A DNA stretch of 64,000 nt from an uncultured Chloroflexia bacterium (GTDB taxonomy: Bacteria; Chloroflexota; Limnocylindria; Limnocylindrales; CSP1-4), in NCBI GenBank assembly GCA_963768035.1, contig CAVYGJ010000008.1:26710-90709 (forward strand). Reading direction: 5' to 3'. Below are positions 12,315-22,047 of the stretch, piece after piece. The number at the start of each line of letters is the position of its first letter. Within the stretch, counting starts at the first letter, position 1. The position numbers were made by a program, and so were the translations under genes. Below the pieces are notes generated by a model. It did no database searches, was not told where the DNA came from, and saw only the letters and a list, made by a program, of their open reading frames with translations.

Positions 12315-12902
12315 ATGACGATCGACGACGAGGCGGTCGAACGTCTCGTAGCCGCGGCGAAGGCCGGTGACCCGGAGGCATTCGGGTCGCTCTTCGACGT
12401 GTACTACGGGCCGGTCTACCGATACGTCGCGAGCCGCGTCGGACGCCCGAGCGACGCGGAGGACCTGGCGCAGCTCGTCTTCGTCAAGGTCCTGGAATCG
12501 CTCCCGCGGTATGAACAGCGGGGCGTCCCCTTCGGGGGCTGGCTGTTCAGGCTGGCCAGGAATGTCGTCATCGATCACGTCCGGACACGCCGGGAGCACG
12601 TCACCCTCGACGTCATCGTGGAGAAGTCCACCGACGACCAGGGACCCGACGAGCTGGCAGTGCTCCGGCAGGAGATGGACAGCATCGCGCACGCGCTGCG
12701 GCGGCTGACGCCGGAACAGCGCGAGGCCGTCGAGCTGCGGTTCTTCGCGGGACTGTCCGCGAAGGAGGCGGCCGAGGCCATGGGCCGGCAGGAGGGGACC
12801 GTCCGAGGTCTCCAGTTCCGGGCCATCGCGGCGCTCCGCCGGGAGTTGGGCATCGCGCCCGACATCGATGAGCTTGGCCGGGTTTCGGGGACCGCCCGGT
12901 GA
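12315..12902 (+). CDS. ECF RNA polymerase sigma-70 factor
   Basis: DAEDLAQLVF, GWLFRLARN and region 4 LTPEQREAVELRF..GTVRGLQFRA. Confidence 0.92.
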   Translation: MTIDDEAVERLVAAAKAGDPEAFGSLFDVYYGPVYRYVASRVGRPSDAEDLAQLVFVKVLESLPRYEQRGVPFGGWLFRLARNVVIDHVRTRREHVTLDVIVEKSTDDQGPDELAVLRQEMDSIAHALRRLTPEQREAVELRFFAGLSAKEAAEAMGRQEGTVRGLQFRAIAALRRELGIAPDIDELGRVSGTAR

Positions 12903-13850
12903 ACGAGGACTGGATGACGGAGCTGGAAGTCCGCGCGGGCGAGGAGCTCGAGCGGAAGATCGAACGCTACGCGAGGCTGCGGCTCGACCCGAGCGCGGCC
13001 CAGGCGAAGCGTGCCCGCTCCGTGCTGATGGAGGCCGCCTGGCGGCAGCGCCTCGCCGAGCCGGCCCAGGCGCCGCTGCAATCGCCGCATCCGCCCGGCG
13101 TGTGCGCGGCCCGTTCGCGGGCTGGGGCGCACGGCGTCTTGGCGTCTCGTTCGCCGCCGCGATGCTCGCGGGCCTCATGATCGGCACCACCGCGTTCGCG
13201 ACGTCGCGCGCCGGTGGGCCCCTGTACGCCACGCGGGTCGCGCTCGAGGAGCTGACCCTGCCCACCGACCCGCAGGCGCGGCTCGAGGCGGAGATCGCGC
13301 TGGCCCAGGCCCGCATCGCCGAGATCGCCGACGCGGTGGCGAAGGACGATCCGGGCGCGGTCGCGGCCGCGGTCGGCGCGTACCTGTCGGCGATCGACGA
13401 CCTCGACGAGTCCACGGGCGGCCCCGCCGACCGTGCGTTGAGCGCCATCGAGTCCCACCAGGTCGTCCTCGAGGGCCTCCTGGCCCGGGTGCCCGAGAGC
13501 GCGCGCGCGGGCATCGAGAACGCGATCGTCCGCAGCGGCGCGGTCATCGAGCGGCTGGACGCGGCCGGGACGCAGCCCCCCGGAACGCGAGCGGCGCCGG
13601 CAACGGGAATGGCGGCACCGGTGGCGGCAACGGCGCACGGCGCGCGGCACGGGCGGCGCTGCCGGCAACGGAACGGTGGCGCACGGACCGGGCGGCAAGC
13701 CGGCGGCCGCGACCGCCGAGGCCCACCAAGGAGCCGGTGGTCAAGCCGACCAAGTCGACGAAGCCCGCGGTCAACGAGCGGCCGGCGCGCACGCCGAACC
13801 CGCGATCGAGCGCGGCCCCGGGCCCCGACAGCACCGGCGGACGACCCTAG
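12899..13850 (+). CDS. Probable anti-sigma factor (DUF5667-like), frameshifted
   Basis: Overlaps the sigma stop (GTGA). TM followed by AGGPLYATRVALEELTL, a helical region and a Gly/Asn-rich tail. The end coordinate is uncertain. Confidence 0.6.
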
Positions 13851-13923
13851 GCGCTCGCTGCCGAACCGCTCGCACGGCGCTTCGCCGCCCCGGGTACGCT
13901 CCCCGGACACGGAGGAGGCACGC

Positions 13924-14670
13924 ATGCGGCTGACGGTCCTGGGGGCGGGACCCGCCTACACGGACCGGGAGGGCGCGACAGGGGCGTCCTACCTCGTGAG
14001 CGACGGCGACACCCACCTCCTCCTCGACCTGGGCCAGGGCTCCCTGCCGCGCCTGTTCGCCACGATCGACCCCATCGCGCTGTCGGGCGTGGCCATCAGC
14101 CACCTCCACCCGGACCACTACATCGACCTCGTCCCGTTGCGCCACTACCTGCGCTACGAGCACGAGCCGCCGCGACGCGTCCGGGTCCTCGGACCGGGTG
14201 GCCTCGGCGAGCGGCTCGACGCCCTCCACGACCAGCCGGGCTTCAGCGCCGAGGCGCTCGACACCGAGCAGCTGGGGACCGAGGAGCGCGTGATCGGCTC
14301 GCTCCGCCTCCGTGCCGGGATGGTCCTCCACACCGAGGAGAGCTACGCGATGCGCGTCGCGCCTGTGGCCGGCGGACCGGGCCTCGTCTACAGCGGGGAC
14401 TGCGGGCGGGCCGCCGATCTCGGTCCGCTCATCGAGCCCGGGGACACGCTGCTCACGGAGGTCTCGTTCGGACCCGGCCCGGTCCCGCCGGGCGTCGCGC
14501 ACCTCGACGGGCCCTCGGTCGCGGCGGTCGCGTCGGCCTCGGGTGCCGGCCGCGTGCTGCTCACGCACCTCCAGATGGGGTACGACCCGGACGAGACCGT
14601 GGCATCCGTCCGGGCGGGCTACGAGGGGCCGGTGTCGTTCGTCTGGCCGGGGACCGTCCTGGAGGTCTAG
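13924..14670 (+). CDS. MBL-fold metallohydrolase (RNase Z / cyclic-nucleotide phosphodiesterase-like)
   Basis: MRLTVLG, SHLHPDHYID, YSGD and LLTH motifs; GGAGGAGG RBS. Confidence 0.88.
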   Translation: MRLTVLGAGPAYTDREGATGASYLVSDGDTHLLLDLGQGSLPRLFATIDPIALSGVAISHLHPDHYIDLVPLRHYLRYEHEPPRRVRVLGPGGLGERLDALHDQPGFSAEALDTEQLGTEERVIGSLRLRAGMVLHTEESYAMRVAPVAGGPGLVYSGDCGRAADLGPLIEPGDTLLTEVSFGPGPVPPGVAHLDGPSVAAVASASGAGRVLLTHLQMGYDPDETVASVRAGYEGPVSFVWPGTVLEV

Positions 14671-14680
14671 CAGACAAGGA

Positions 14681-14713
14681 ACGACCCGGATGCGGGATCC
14701 GCACCCGGGTCGT
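14681..14713. terminator. Stem-loop between convergent genes
   Basis: ACGACCCGGATGCGG-gat-CCGCACCCGGGTCGT. Confidence 0.6.
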
Positions 14714-14740
14714 CCGTCGCGTCTCGGGGACAGCGACTCG

Positions 14741-15211
14741 CTAGCGGCGTCGGGCGCCAGGCACTCGCCCGAGCAGCAGGATCAATGCGGACAGCCCGCC
14801 GAGGACGAGGAGGACGGGCTCGAGGCCGCGTCCGGCTGTCGTGGAGCCGGACCCGTCGATGGTGTCCGTCGCGGGCGGCGTGACGTCGGGTCGACCGGTC
14901 ACACCGCGGACCTCGCCGACGGGTGTCGCGACCGGGGCGGGCGTGATGAACACCGGGTCATAGACGACGACCCCGTCGTCGGTCGGCTGGGCGTCGGTCG
15001 GCTGCTCGTCCGTGGGCTGTTCGTCCGTGGGCTGCTCGTCGACGGGCGGCGCGTCCTGGTCGTCGCCGTCCGCTGCGAGCGGGATCGTGACCGGATGCCC
15101 CGCGACGGGCTGGGCGGCGAGCGCCGCGGCCGGCGCCGCGAACGCCGCGACGAGCAGCGCGACACCGGCAAGGGTGCGCGCCATGCGTGCGACGGTGGTG
15201 GTGTACGTCAC
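14741..15211 (-). CDS. Small secreted protein with DEQPT repeats and a C-terminal TPPATDT-TM-ARRR tail
   Basis: Signal peptide ending AALA, 15-bp tandem repeat (DEQPT x3-4), C-terminal hydrophobic helix and basic tail. Confidence 0.7.
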   Translation of the reverse strand: MTYTTTVARMARTLAGVALLVAAFAAPAAALAAQPVAGHPVTIPLAADGDDQDAPPVDEQPTDEQPTDEQPTDAQPTDDGVVVYDPVFITPAPVATPVGEVRGVTGRPDVTPPATDTIDGSGSTTAGRGLEPVLLVLGGLSALILLLGRVPGARRR

Positions 15212-15527
15212 TGGTGGTCCCCGAGCTGCGTGGGTGCGGCGGTTCGTCCGCCCGATCGTCCCCGGGGCCTGACTCCCGGGTCCCGGTGCCTGACGCCGGT
15301 GTCTGCATCCTCGCCGGAGGGGGTGTCGGCGTCCAGTACCCGGGTCCTCCCCCGCTCCGACGCAGACCGCCCTCCTCCGCCCGCGGACCGCCGGAACCGG
15401 TGCCCCGGGGCACCGAAAGTACCGGTCGCCGGCGTGGGACCCTGGTACCAGGGTCGGCGGCGCGCCCGTGCACCATGCTGGGTCCGGCAGCACATGGGCT
15501 ACGCTGCGCGCGATCGACAGGAGGAGC

Positions 15528-17043
15528 ATGGACGCGGGACCCGGACCCAATGACGACGCGCCGGCCGAGGGCACATCGACCCCTGCGGGCGAGGCCCCCG
15601 CGGCCGAGCTGACGACGCCGGATCCGGAGGGCGAGGCCGCGACGGACGCCGTCACGACGGCGGAGCCCACGACCGCCGACGCGACCGACGCCCCTGACGC
15701 GGAGGCCCTCGAGGCCGCCGAGGCCGCTCCCAAGCCCTGGCACCGCCCGATGCCGCGCTGGGTGGGACCAACGGCCACCCTCATCCGCGACTCGACCGAG
15801 AGCCTGCGCGACCCGTACGTCCTCCTCGGCCTGCTCCTGATCTTCTCGTTCGTCACGCGCGTCATCTGGCTCGACCTGCCCAAGGGCGGCACGATCTTCG
15901 ACGAGGCCTACTACGTGAACTCGGCGCGCGTGATCCTCGGGATCGACGTGCCGGAGGGTGGCAAGTACGGCGATCGCGAGAAGTACCTCGACCCGAACAC
16001 CGAGCATCCGCCCCTCGGCAAGCTGCTGATGGCCGGGTCGATGACGGCGTTCGGCGACAACGGCATCGGCTGGCGCATCCCGAGCGTGATCGCGGGAATG
16101 GTCGCCCTCATGGCGCTGTTCGCCACGATCCGCGCCGCTGGCGGCACGGCGTGGCTGGCCCTGCTGGCCGTGTTCCTCACCTCGTTGGACAACCTCACGA
16201 TGGTCCACGGGCGGATCGGCGTGCTCGACATCATGGCGCTCGCGCCCGCGCTGGTGGCCTCGTGGCTCGCGCTGCGCAAACGCTGGGTCCTCGCCGCGAT
16301 CTTCCTGGCCCTCGGCCTGCTCATGAAGCTCACGGCCGTCTATGCGCTCGGCGCGATCCTGCTGCTGTGGCTGCTCCAGGTCGCGCCCGGATGGTGGGCG
16401 GAGCGGCGCATCCACGTCCGCCAGCTCGGCGGTCCCCTCCTGTTCACGGTCCTGAGCCTCTCGCTGTTCGTCGGCGGGCTCGCCGTGCTCGACTCGAGGT
16501 GGTCGGAGTACAAGAACCCGTTCGACGCACATCGAGCGGATGCTCACCTACGGCGCGCGGCTCAACCAGCCGGTCGGCACCGTCGGCATCTGTCCGGCAG
16601 CCGACAGCCGGCCGTGGCAGTGGTTCGGGAACGACTGCCAGATCCAGTACCTGCGCACGGATGTCAGCGTGAACGCCGGCGACAACCTGGTCTCCCGGGT
16701 CGCGAAGATCGACTTCCGCGGCGCGATGAACGAGCTGCTCGTCGGCGCCCTGCCGATCGCCATGCTGTTCACGATCTGGTTCGCGTACCGCCGGCGCGAC
16801 GGGGCGGCGCTGTGGGCGGTCACCTGGGCCGCGGCCAACTGGCTCCCGTACGGGCTCCTGGGCGTGATCTCGAACCGGATCATGTACCTGTACTACTTCC
16901 TGCCGCTCGTGCCCGCTGTGGCAACGGCCATCGCGATCCTGCTCCTCCGCTCGAAGCTGCCCCGCTTCGTGCTGTGGTCGTACCTCGTGCTCTACGTGAT
17001 CGGCTTCATCGCGTACTTCCCGTTCCGGGTGATCCCCGACTAG
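15528..17043 (+). CDS. Protein O-mannosyltransferase (PMT/GT39-like, lipid-carrier dependent), frameshift near 16530
   Basis: IFDEAYYV, EHPPLGKLLMA, GWRIP, SRPWQW and RIMYLYYFLP; split over ORFs 15468..17096 and 16540..17043. Confidence 0.85.
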
Positions 17044-17138
17044 ACGACGAACGACCCGGCGGGCGAACCCTCCGGGTCGTGTCGAGTGCTGGGTGACCGG
17101 TCAGGCCCGCCGCTGTGGCGGGCCGCCGGGTGCGGGGC
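17044..17138 (-). repeat. Conserved double-hairpin 3' element, copy 1 of 4
   Basis: GGCCCGCC..GGCGGGCC hairpin plus ACGACCCGG(A/C)GGG-cgaa-CCCTCCGGGTCGT hairpin directly downstream of the Thr-rich gene. Confidence 0.8.
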
Positions 17139-17923
17139 CTAGCGGCGCTTGCGGGCCGCGGCCGGGATGCCGACCAGGACGAAGGAGAGCACACCTGCCA
17201 GGACGAGCAGCAGGCTCGTCGAGACGGTCGAGCTCGAGGTCGGGCGGCCGATGGTGTCGGTCGCCGGCGGGGTGAGGCCCTCGACGTGGCCGACCGGGGT
17301 CGGTCTCCTGCGAGCTGGTGCTCGAGGTCGTCGTGGTCCCGCCGGTCGACGCCGTGGTCGTCGGCCGACAGCCGAGCTCGTCGTGGACTCGTCGGTGGTC
17401 GTGGACTCGGTGATGGTCGTCGTCGCGTCGGTGGTCGTGGACTCGGTGGTCGGTGGTCTCGTCGGCCGTCGGTCTCGTCGGTCGTGGTCGTCTCGTCGGC
17501 CGTGGTCTCGTCGGACGTCGTGTCGTTGGCCGTCGTCGTCGTGCTGGACGTCGTGGTCTCGGCGAGGCAGACGTGCGACAGGTTCAGGTTGGCGTCGTCC
17601 GAGATGTCATCCGAGGCGGACAGGAGCCTGTCGCTCGGGTCGACGTGGACGTTGTACATCACGATGCCGTTGCCGTTGACGTAGCCGTCGACCTTGACGG
17701 TCCCCGCGTCCTTGAACGTCGCCGTCAGCTCGGACGGAAGCGCATCGGCCTTCGCGCCGACGTGGACGAAGTGCCAGCCCTCGCCGCAGGCGACGATCGT
17801 GCTCTTGAAGTCGGTGCCGACGATCGGCAGCTCCTGGTGGACGTCGTTGGCGAGCGCGGTGCCCGCGAAGGTGAGGGTCAGCATCGTGGCGGCGACGAGT
17901 GCCCCGAGCTTGCGCTTGTTCAT
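17139..17923 (-). CDS. Thr-rich secreted surface protein, paralog 1 (frameshifted)
   Basis: MNKRKLGALVAATMLTLTFAGTALA signal, small Cys-containing domain, T/S/D/E stalk, LTPPATDT-TM-ARKRR. Confidence 0.75.
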
Positions 17924-18097
17924 GTTCCTGTCTCCTGGCGCTGTGTCGCGAGCCGCACGCCCGATGGCGTGTCGACGACGGCTGAAAGCCTCGTGTCGCG
18001 GCGTAGCTCAATCGTCGGGGGACAGGGTCGTCAGCGCCTCGGGCGAAGTCGGACGATCGGAGGCGCACCAACTGCACGGACCGTGCAATGACCGTCG

Positions 18098-18195
18098 CAC
18101 ACAGCGAACGACCCGGAGGGCGAACCCTCCGGGTCGTGTCGGGTGCTGGGTGACCGGTCAGGCCCGCCGCGGTGGCGGGCCGCCGGCGTGCGGGG
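18098..18195 (-). repeat. Conserved double-hairpin 3' element, copy 2 of 4
   Basis: Same two hairpins as 17044-17138. Confidence 0.8.
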
Positions 18196-19117
18196 CTAGC
18201 GGCGCTTGCGGGCCGCGGCCGGGATGACCACCAGGGCGATGCGCGAGGACGCCGGCGAGGACGAGCAGGAGGCTCGTCGAGACCGTCGAGCCCGAGGTCG
18301 GGGCACCGATGGTGTCGGTCGACGGCGGGGTGAGCTCCTCGACGTCGCCGCCGGGGGTCGTCTCCTCGGCGAGGTCGTCGTCGTCTGGTCGAGCACGCCT
18401 CGATCGTGAACGGCACCTCTCGTCGGTCACGGCCACGCCGGCGACGCGGCCAACGCCGATGTAGTCGCCGGGCACGAGCGGGTACGTGCCGTCGGCGTCG
18501 ATGATGACAGTCGTCGCCGGGGCCCGTGATCAGCACGTCGTCCACGTTGGCGGACGCGAAGTTGGTCACCGTGATCGAGCCACCGCACTCGAACGAGGCG
18601 GTCGGGAAGGCGAACAGCGTGCCCGTGGGCGGGTCGTGGTCGAGGTCGTCGTCGTCTCGTCGGAGGTCGTGGTGGTCGATGGTCTCGTCGGTCGTCGTCG
18701 TGGTCTCGTCGTCGTCGTCGAGGTCGTGGTCTCCTCGGTCGTCGTCGTCGTGGTCTCCGGCGCGCAGCCGTGCGTGATCGTCAGCGACGCCGTCATCACC
18801 GGTGAAGTGACGAACGTGGTGTCGCGATCGGGCTCGCTGCCGAAGTCGAGTCGGTGAGCGAACTCGTGCCACGAGCCGTTGCCCATCTGGACCCAGGTGC
18901 CGCGACTGGACCACGCCGTTGACGGTGAGGGCCGTCGGGTTGTCGCCCGTCCAGATCCAGAGCATGGAGCCGGCGAGTGCGTCGTCGCAGTTGCACCGTT
19001 CGGATCGGATAGCCGTTGTGGCCGTCCACGTCCAGCGTGGCTGGCGAGCGCCGTGCCCGCGAAGGTGAGCGTCAGCGCCGCCGCGGCGATGAGCGCCCCG
19101 ATCCTGTGCTTGTTCAT
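18196..19117 (-). CDS. Thr-rich secreted surface protein, paralog 2 (frameshifted)
   Basis: MNKHRIGALIAAAALTLTFAGTALA signal, TTTTEE stalk, TGTLFAFP..ECGGSITVTNF module, LTPPSTDT-TM-ARKRR. Confidence 0.75.
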
Positions 19118-19365
19118 TGGTCCCCTGTCTCCTATGCCGGCTTTCGGCCGGCCTGGCGAGTGATGAGTGCCGTCGTGGCCCACCGCTGCCTGAGTCGCGG
19201 TGGACCTGCATCCTGTGCGACCGGGTCATCCTCGGCGTAGTACCTACGATCCCCCTTAAACCCGGCTTAACCGCACCCGCGTCGCCACGGGCCGTCGTAC
19301 GGGTGCTCGACGCACCACGGGTACTGCCCCATCGGTCCGTGGTACGCCGGTACCAGGACCCCCGG

Positions 19366-19463
19366 ACACAGCGAACGACCCGGAGGGCGAACCCTCCGGG
19401 TCGTGTCGTGGTGCTGGGTGACCGGTCAGGCCCGCCGCTGTGGCGGGCCGCCGGGTGCTGGGG
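19366..19463 (-). repeat. Conserved double-hairpin 3' element, copy 3 of 4
   Basis: Same two hairpins as the other copies. Confidence 0.8.
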
Positions 19464-20394
19464 CTAGCGGCGCTTGCGGGCCGCGGCCGGGATGACCACC
19501 AGGGCGGTGGCGAGGGCGCCGGCGAGGACGAGCAGGAGGCTCGTCGAGACCGTCGAGCCCGAGGTCGGGGCACCGATGGTGTCGGTCGACGGCGGGGTCA
19601 GCTCCTCGACGGAGCCGCCGGGGGTCGTCTCCTCGGCCGACGTCGTCGTGTCGTCGGGCAGGCCTCGATGGTGAAGTCGCGACCTCGTCGGCTCGGCCAC
19701 GCCACCGATGCGGCCGACGGCGTGTACGTCGCCGGGCACGAGCGGGTACGTCCCGTCCTCGGTGATGACCACGGTCATCGCCGGGGCCCGTGATCAGCAC
19801 GTCGTCCACGTCTGGCGGACGCGAAGTTGGTCACCGTGATCGAGCCACCGCACTCGATCGAGAAGGCCGGGAAGGCGAACAGCGTGCCCGTGGGGGCCGT
19901 CGTGGTCGAGGTCGTCGTCGTCTCCTCGGAGGTCGTGGTGACCTCGGTGGTGGTCGTCGTCTCCTCGGTCGTCGTCGTCTCGTCGGAGGTCGTGGTCGAC
20001 TCGGACGTCGTCGTCGTCGTGGTGACTCGTCCGCCGCAGACGTGGCTCATCGTAGGACGCGGTCGTCACCGCGTGAACCCGTGATCGACGCCGAGGTCGT
20101 GCGGGCGTACGGTGCCGATGAGTCGGCGATTCGAAGCTGCCACGCGCCGTTGCCCTGGTTCTGGCGCCGAGCTGGCTGCCGTTGACCGTGAGCCGGCGGT
20201 CGTGAGCTGTCGGCCGCTGGTCGCAGATCCAGAGCATCGCTGCCCGGGATCGCGGCGTCACATTGTCGTTGTCACTTGGCCGGCGCTAGCCGTTGCCGGC
20301 CTCCACGGTGACCGTGCCGCGCGAGCGCGGTGCCCGCGAAGGTGAGCGTCAGCGCCGCTGCGGCGATGAGCGCCCCGATCCTGTGCTTGTTCAT
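19464..20394 (-). CDS. Thr-rich secreted surface protein, paralog 3 (frameshifted)
   Basis: Same signal peptide start at 20394. ORFs 19775..20050 and 19464..19778 give the stalk, the module and LTPPSTDT-TM-ARKRR. Confidence 0.75.
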
Positions 20395-20627
20395 TGAACC
20401 TCTATCTCAGCGATGAGTCAGTCGTGATGAAGCGTTGATGTCGCGCCCGCGACTTCACGCCGACGGCGGACAGGCGGATCATGAGTGCCGGGGCATCGAT
20501 CGGGGGTACTTGTGCGCCCCCTTACGCGCGGCTTAACCGCACCGCAACTATCTTCACCAAACCGAGCCTCGACACAGCAGGATTCGTAGGCGTCCTCGGC
20601 CATGTACGCCCGCTACCAGGACTCCCG

Positions 20628-20725
20628 GACACAGCGAACGACCCGGAGGGCGAACCCTCCGGGTCGTGTCGGGTGCTGGGTGACCGGTCAGGCCCGCCGC
20701 GCTGGCGGGCCGCCGGGTGCTGGGG
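20628..20725 (-). repeat. Conserved double-hairpin 3' element, copy 4 of 4
   Basis: Same two hairpins as the other copies. Confidence 0.8.
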
Positions 20726-21640
20726 CTAGCGGCGCTTGCGGGCCGCGGCCGGGATGACCACCAGGGCGCTGGCGAGGGCGCCGGCGAGGACGAGCAGGAG
20801 GCTCGTCGAGACCGTCGAGCCCGAGGTCGGGGCACCGATGGTGTCCGTGGACGGCGGGGTCAGCTCCTCGACGGAGCCGCCGGGGGTCGTCTCCTCGGCC
20901 GACGTGCGTCGTGGTCGTCGGGCAGGCCTCGATGGTGAACGGGACCTCGTCGGTCTGCGGCGACGCCGCCGATGCGGCCGACGCCGATGTAGTCGCCGGG
21001 CACGAGCGGGTACGTCCCGTCCTCGGTGATGACCAGGTCATCGCCGGGGCCCGTGACCAGCGCGTCGTCCACGTTGGCGGACGCGAAGTTGGTCACCGTG
21101 ATCGAGCCACCGCACTCGATCGAGAAGGCCGGGAAGGCGAACAGCGTGCCCGTGGGGGCCGTCGTGGTCGAGGTCGTCGTCGTCTCCTCGGAGGTCGTGG
21201 TGACCTCGGTGGTGGTCGTCGTCTCCTCGGTCGTCGTCGTCTCGTCGGAGGTCGTGGTCTACTCGGACGTCGTCGTCGTCGTGGTCTCCGGCGCGCAGCC
21301 GTGCGTGATCGTCAGCGACGCCGTCGTCACCCGTGAACGTGACGAACGTGGTGTCGTGGTCGGGCTCGCTGCCGAGCCAGTCGGTGACGAACTGCCACGA
21401 GCCGTTCGGCCGTTCTGGTCCCACGAGCCGGGCTGGACCACGCCGTTGACGGTGAGGCCGGTCGGGCTGTCGCCCGTCCAGATCCAGACGCGTGGTACCG
21501 GCAGCGGCGTCGTCGCAGTTCTCGTTGATCGGATAGCCGTTGCCGGCCCACGGTCTCACGTGCTCGCGAAGCGCCGTGCCCGCGAAGGTGAGCGTCAGCG
21601 CCGCTGCGGCGATGAGTGCTCCGATCCTGTGCTTGTTCAT
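20726..21640 (-). CDS. Thr-rich secreted surface protein, paralog 4 (frameshifted)
   Basis: MNKHRIGALIAAAALTLTFAGTAL signal; 3' two-thirds nearly identical to paralog 3. Confidence 0.75.
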
Positions 21641-22047
21641 TGGTCCCCTGTCTCTCCTGAGTTGCTGTCTTGCGATCAGCCGTCCTATGAATGCTTGCCG
21701 TCGTCGCGTGCCTGAAGCGCGTCGCGGCGGTTGATAACAACCTCAGAGGGCCCGTTTTGGGGGGACGGACGGGACGCACTCAGGCGTGTGCGTCCCGTCC
21801 GGGTCTCGGGGACCCTCTGTTCGGCCGGCGCGCCTCCCCAAGGAAGCCGGATTCCCGCTGGGCCAATGCCCATCGGGCCGCCAAAGGTACTAGTACCAAT
21901 GGGGCTTGCATAGCCCTTTTTCGCAAGATGTCGTGCACGCGACAGTACGCAGGACGCCCTATCCGGTGCGCACGGTCACCGAGCACGACGCGAACGGCCC
22001 AGCCGGTACGATGGCGCCTCCAGTCGCCGTCCTCGCAGGAGCCGCCC

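Noticed and set aside
17044-20725. Repeated hairpin elements as a CRISPR array or IS/MITE ends
   Set aside because: Spacing is about 1.0-1.3 kb with whole genes between copies. There are no cas or transposase genes and no target-site duplications.
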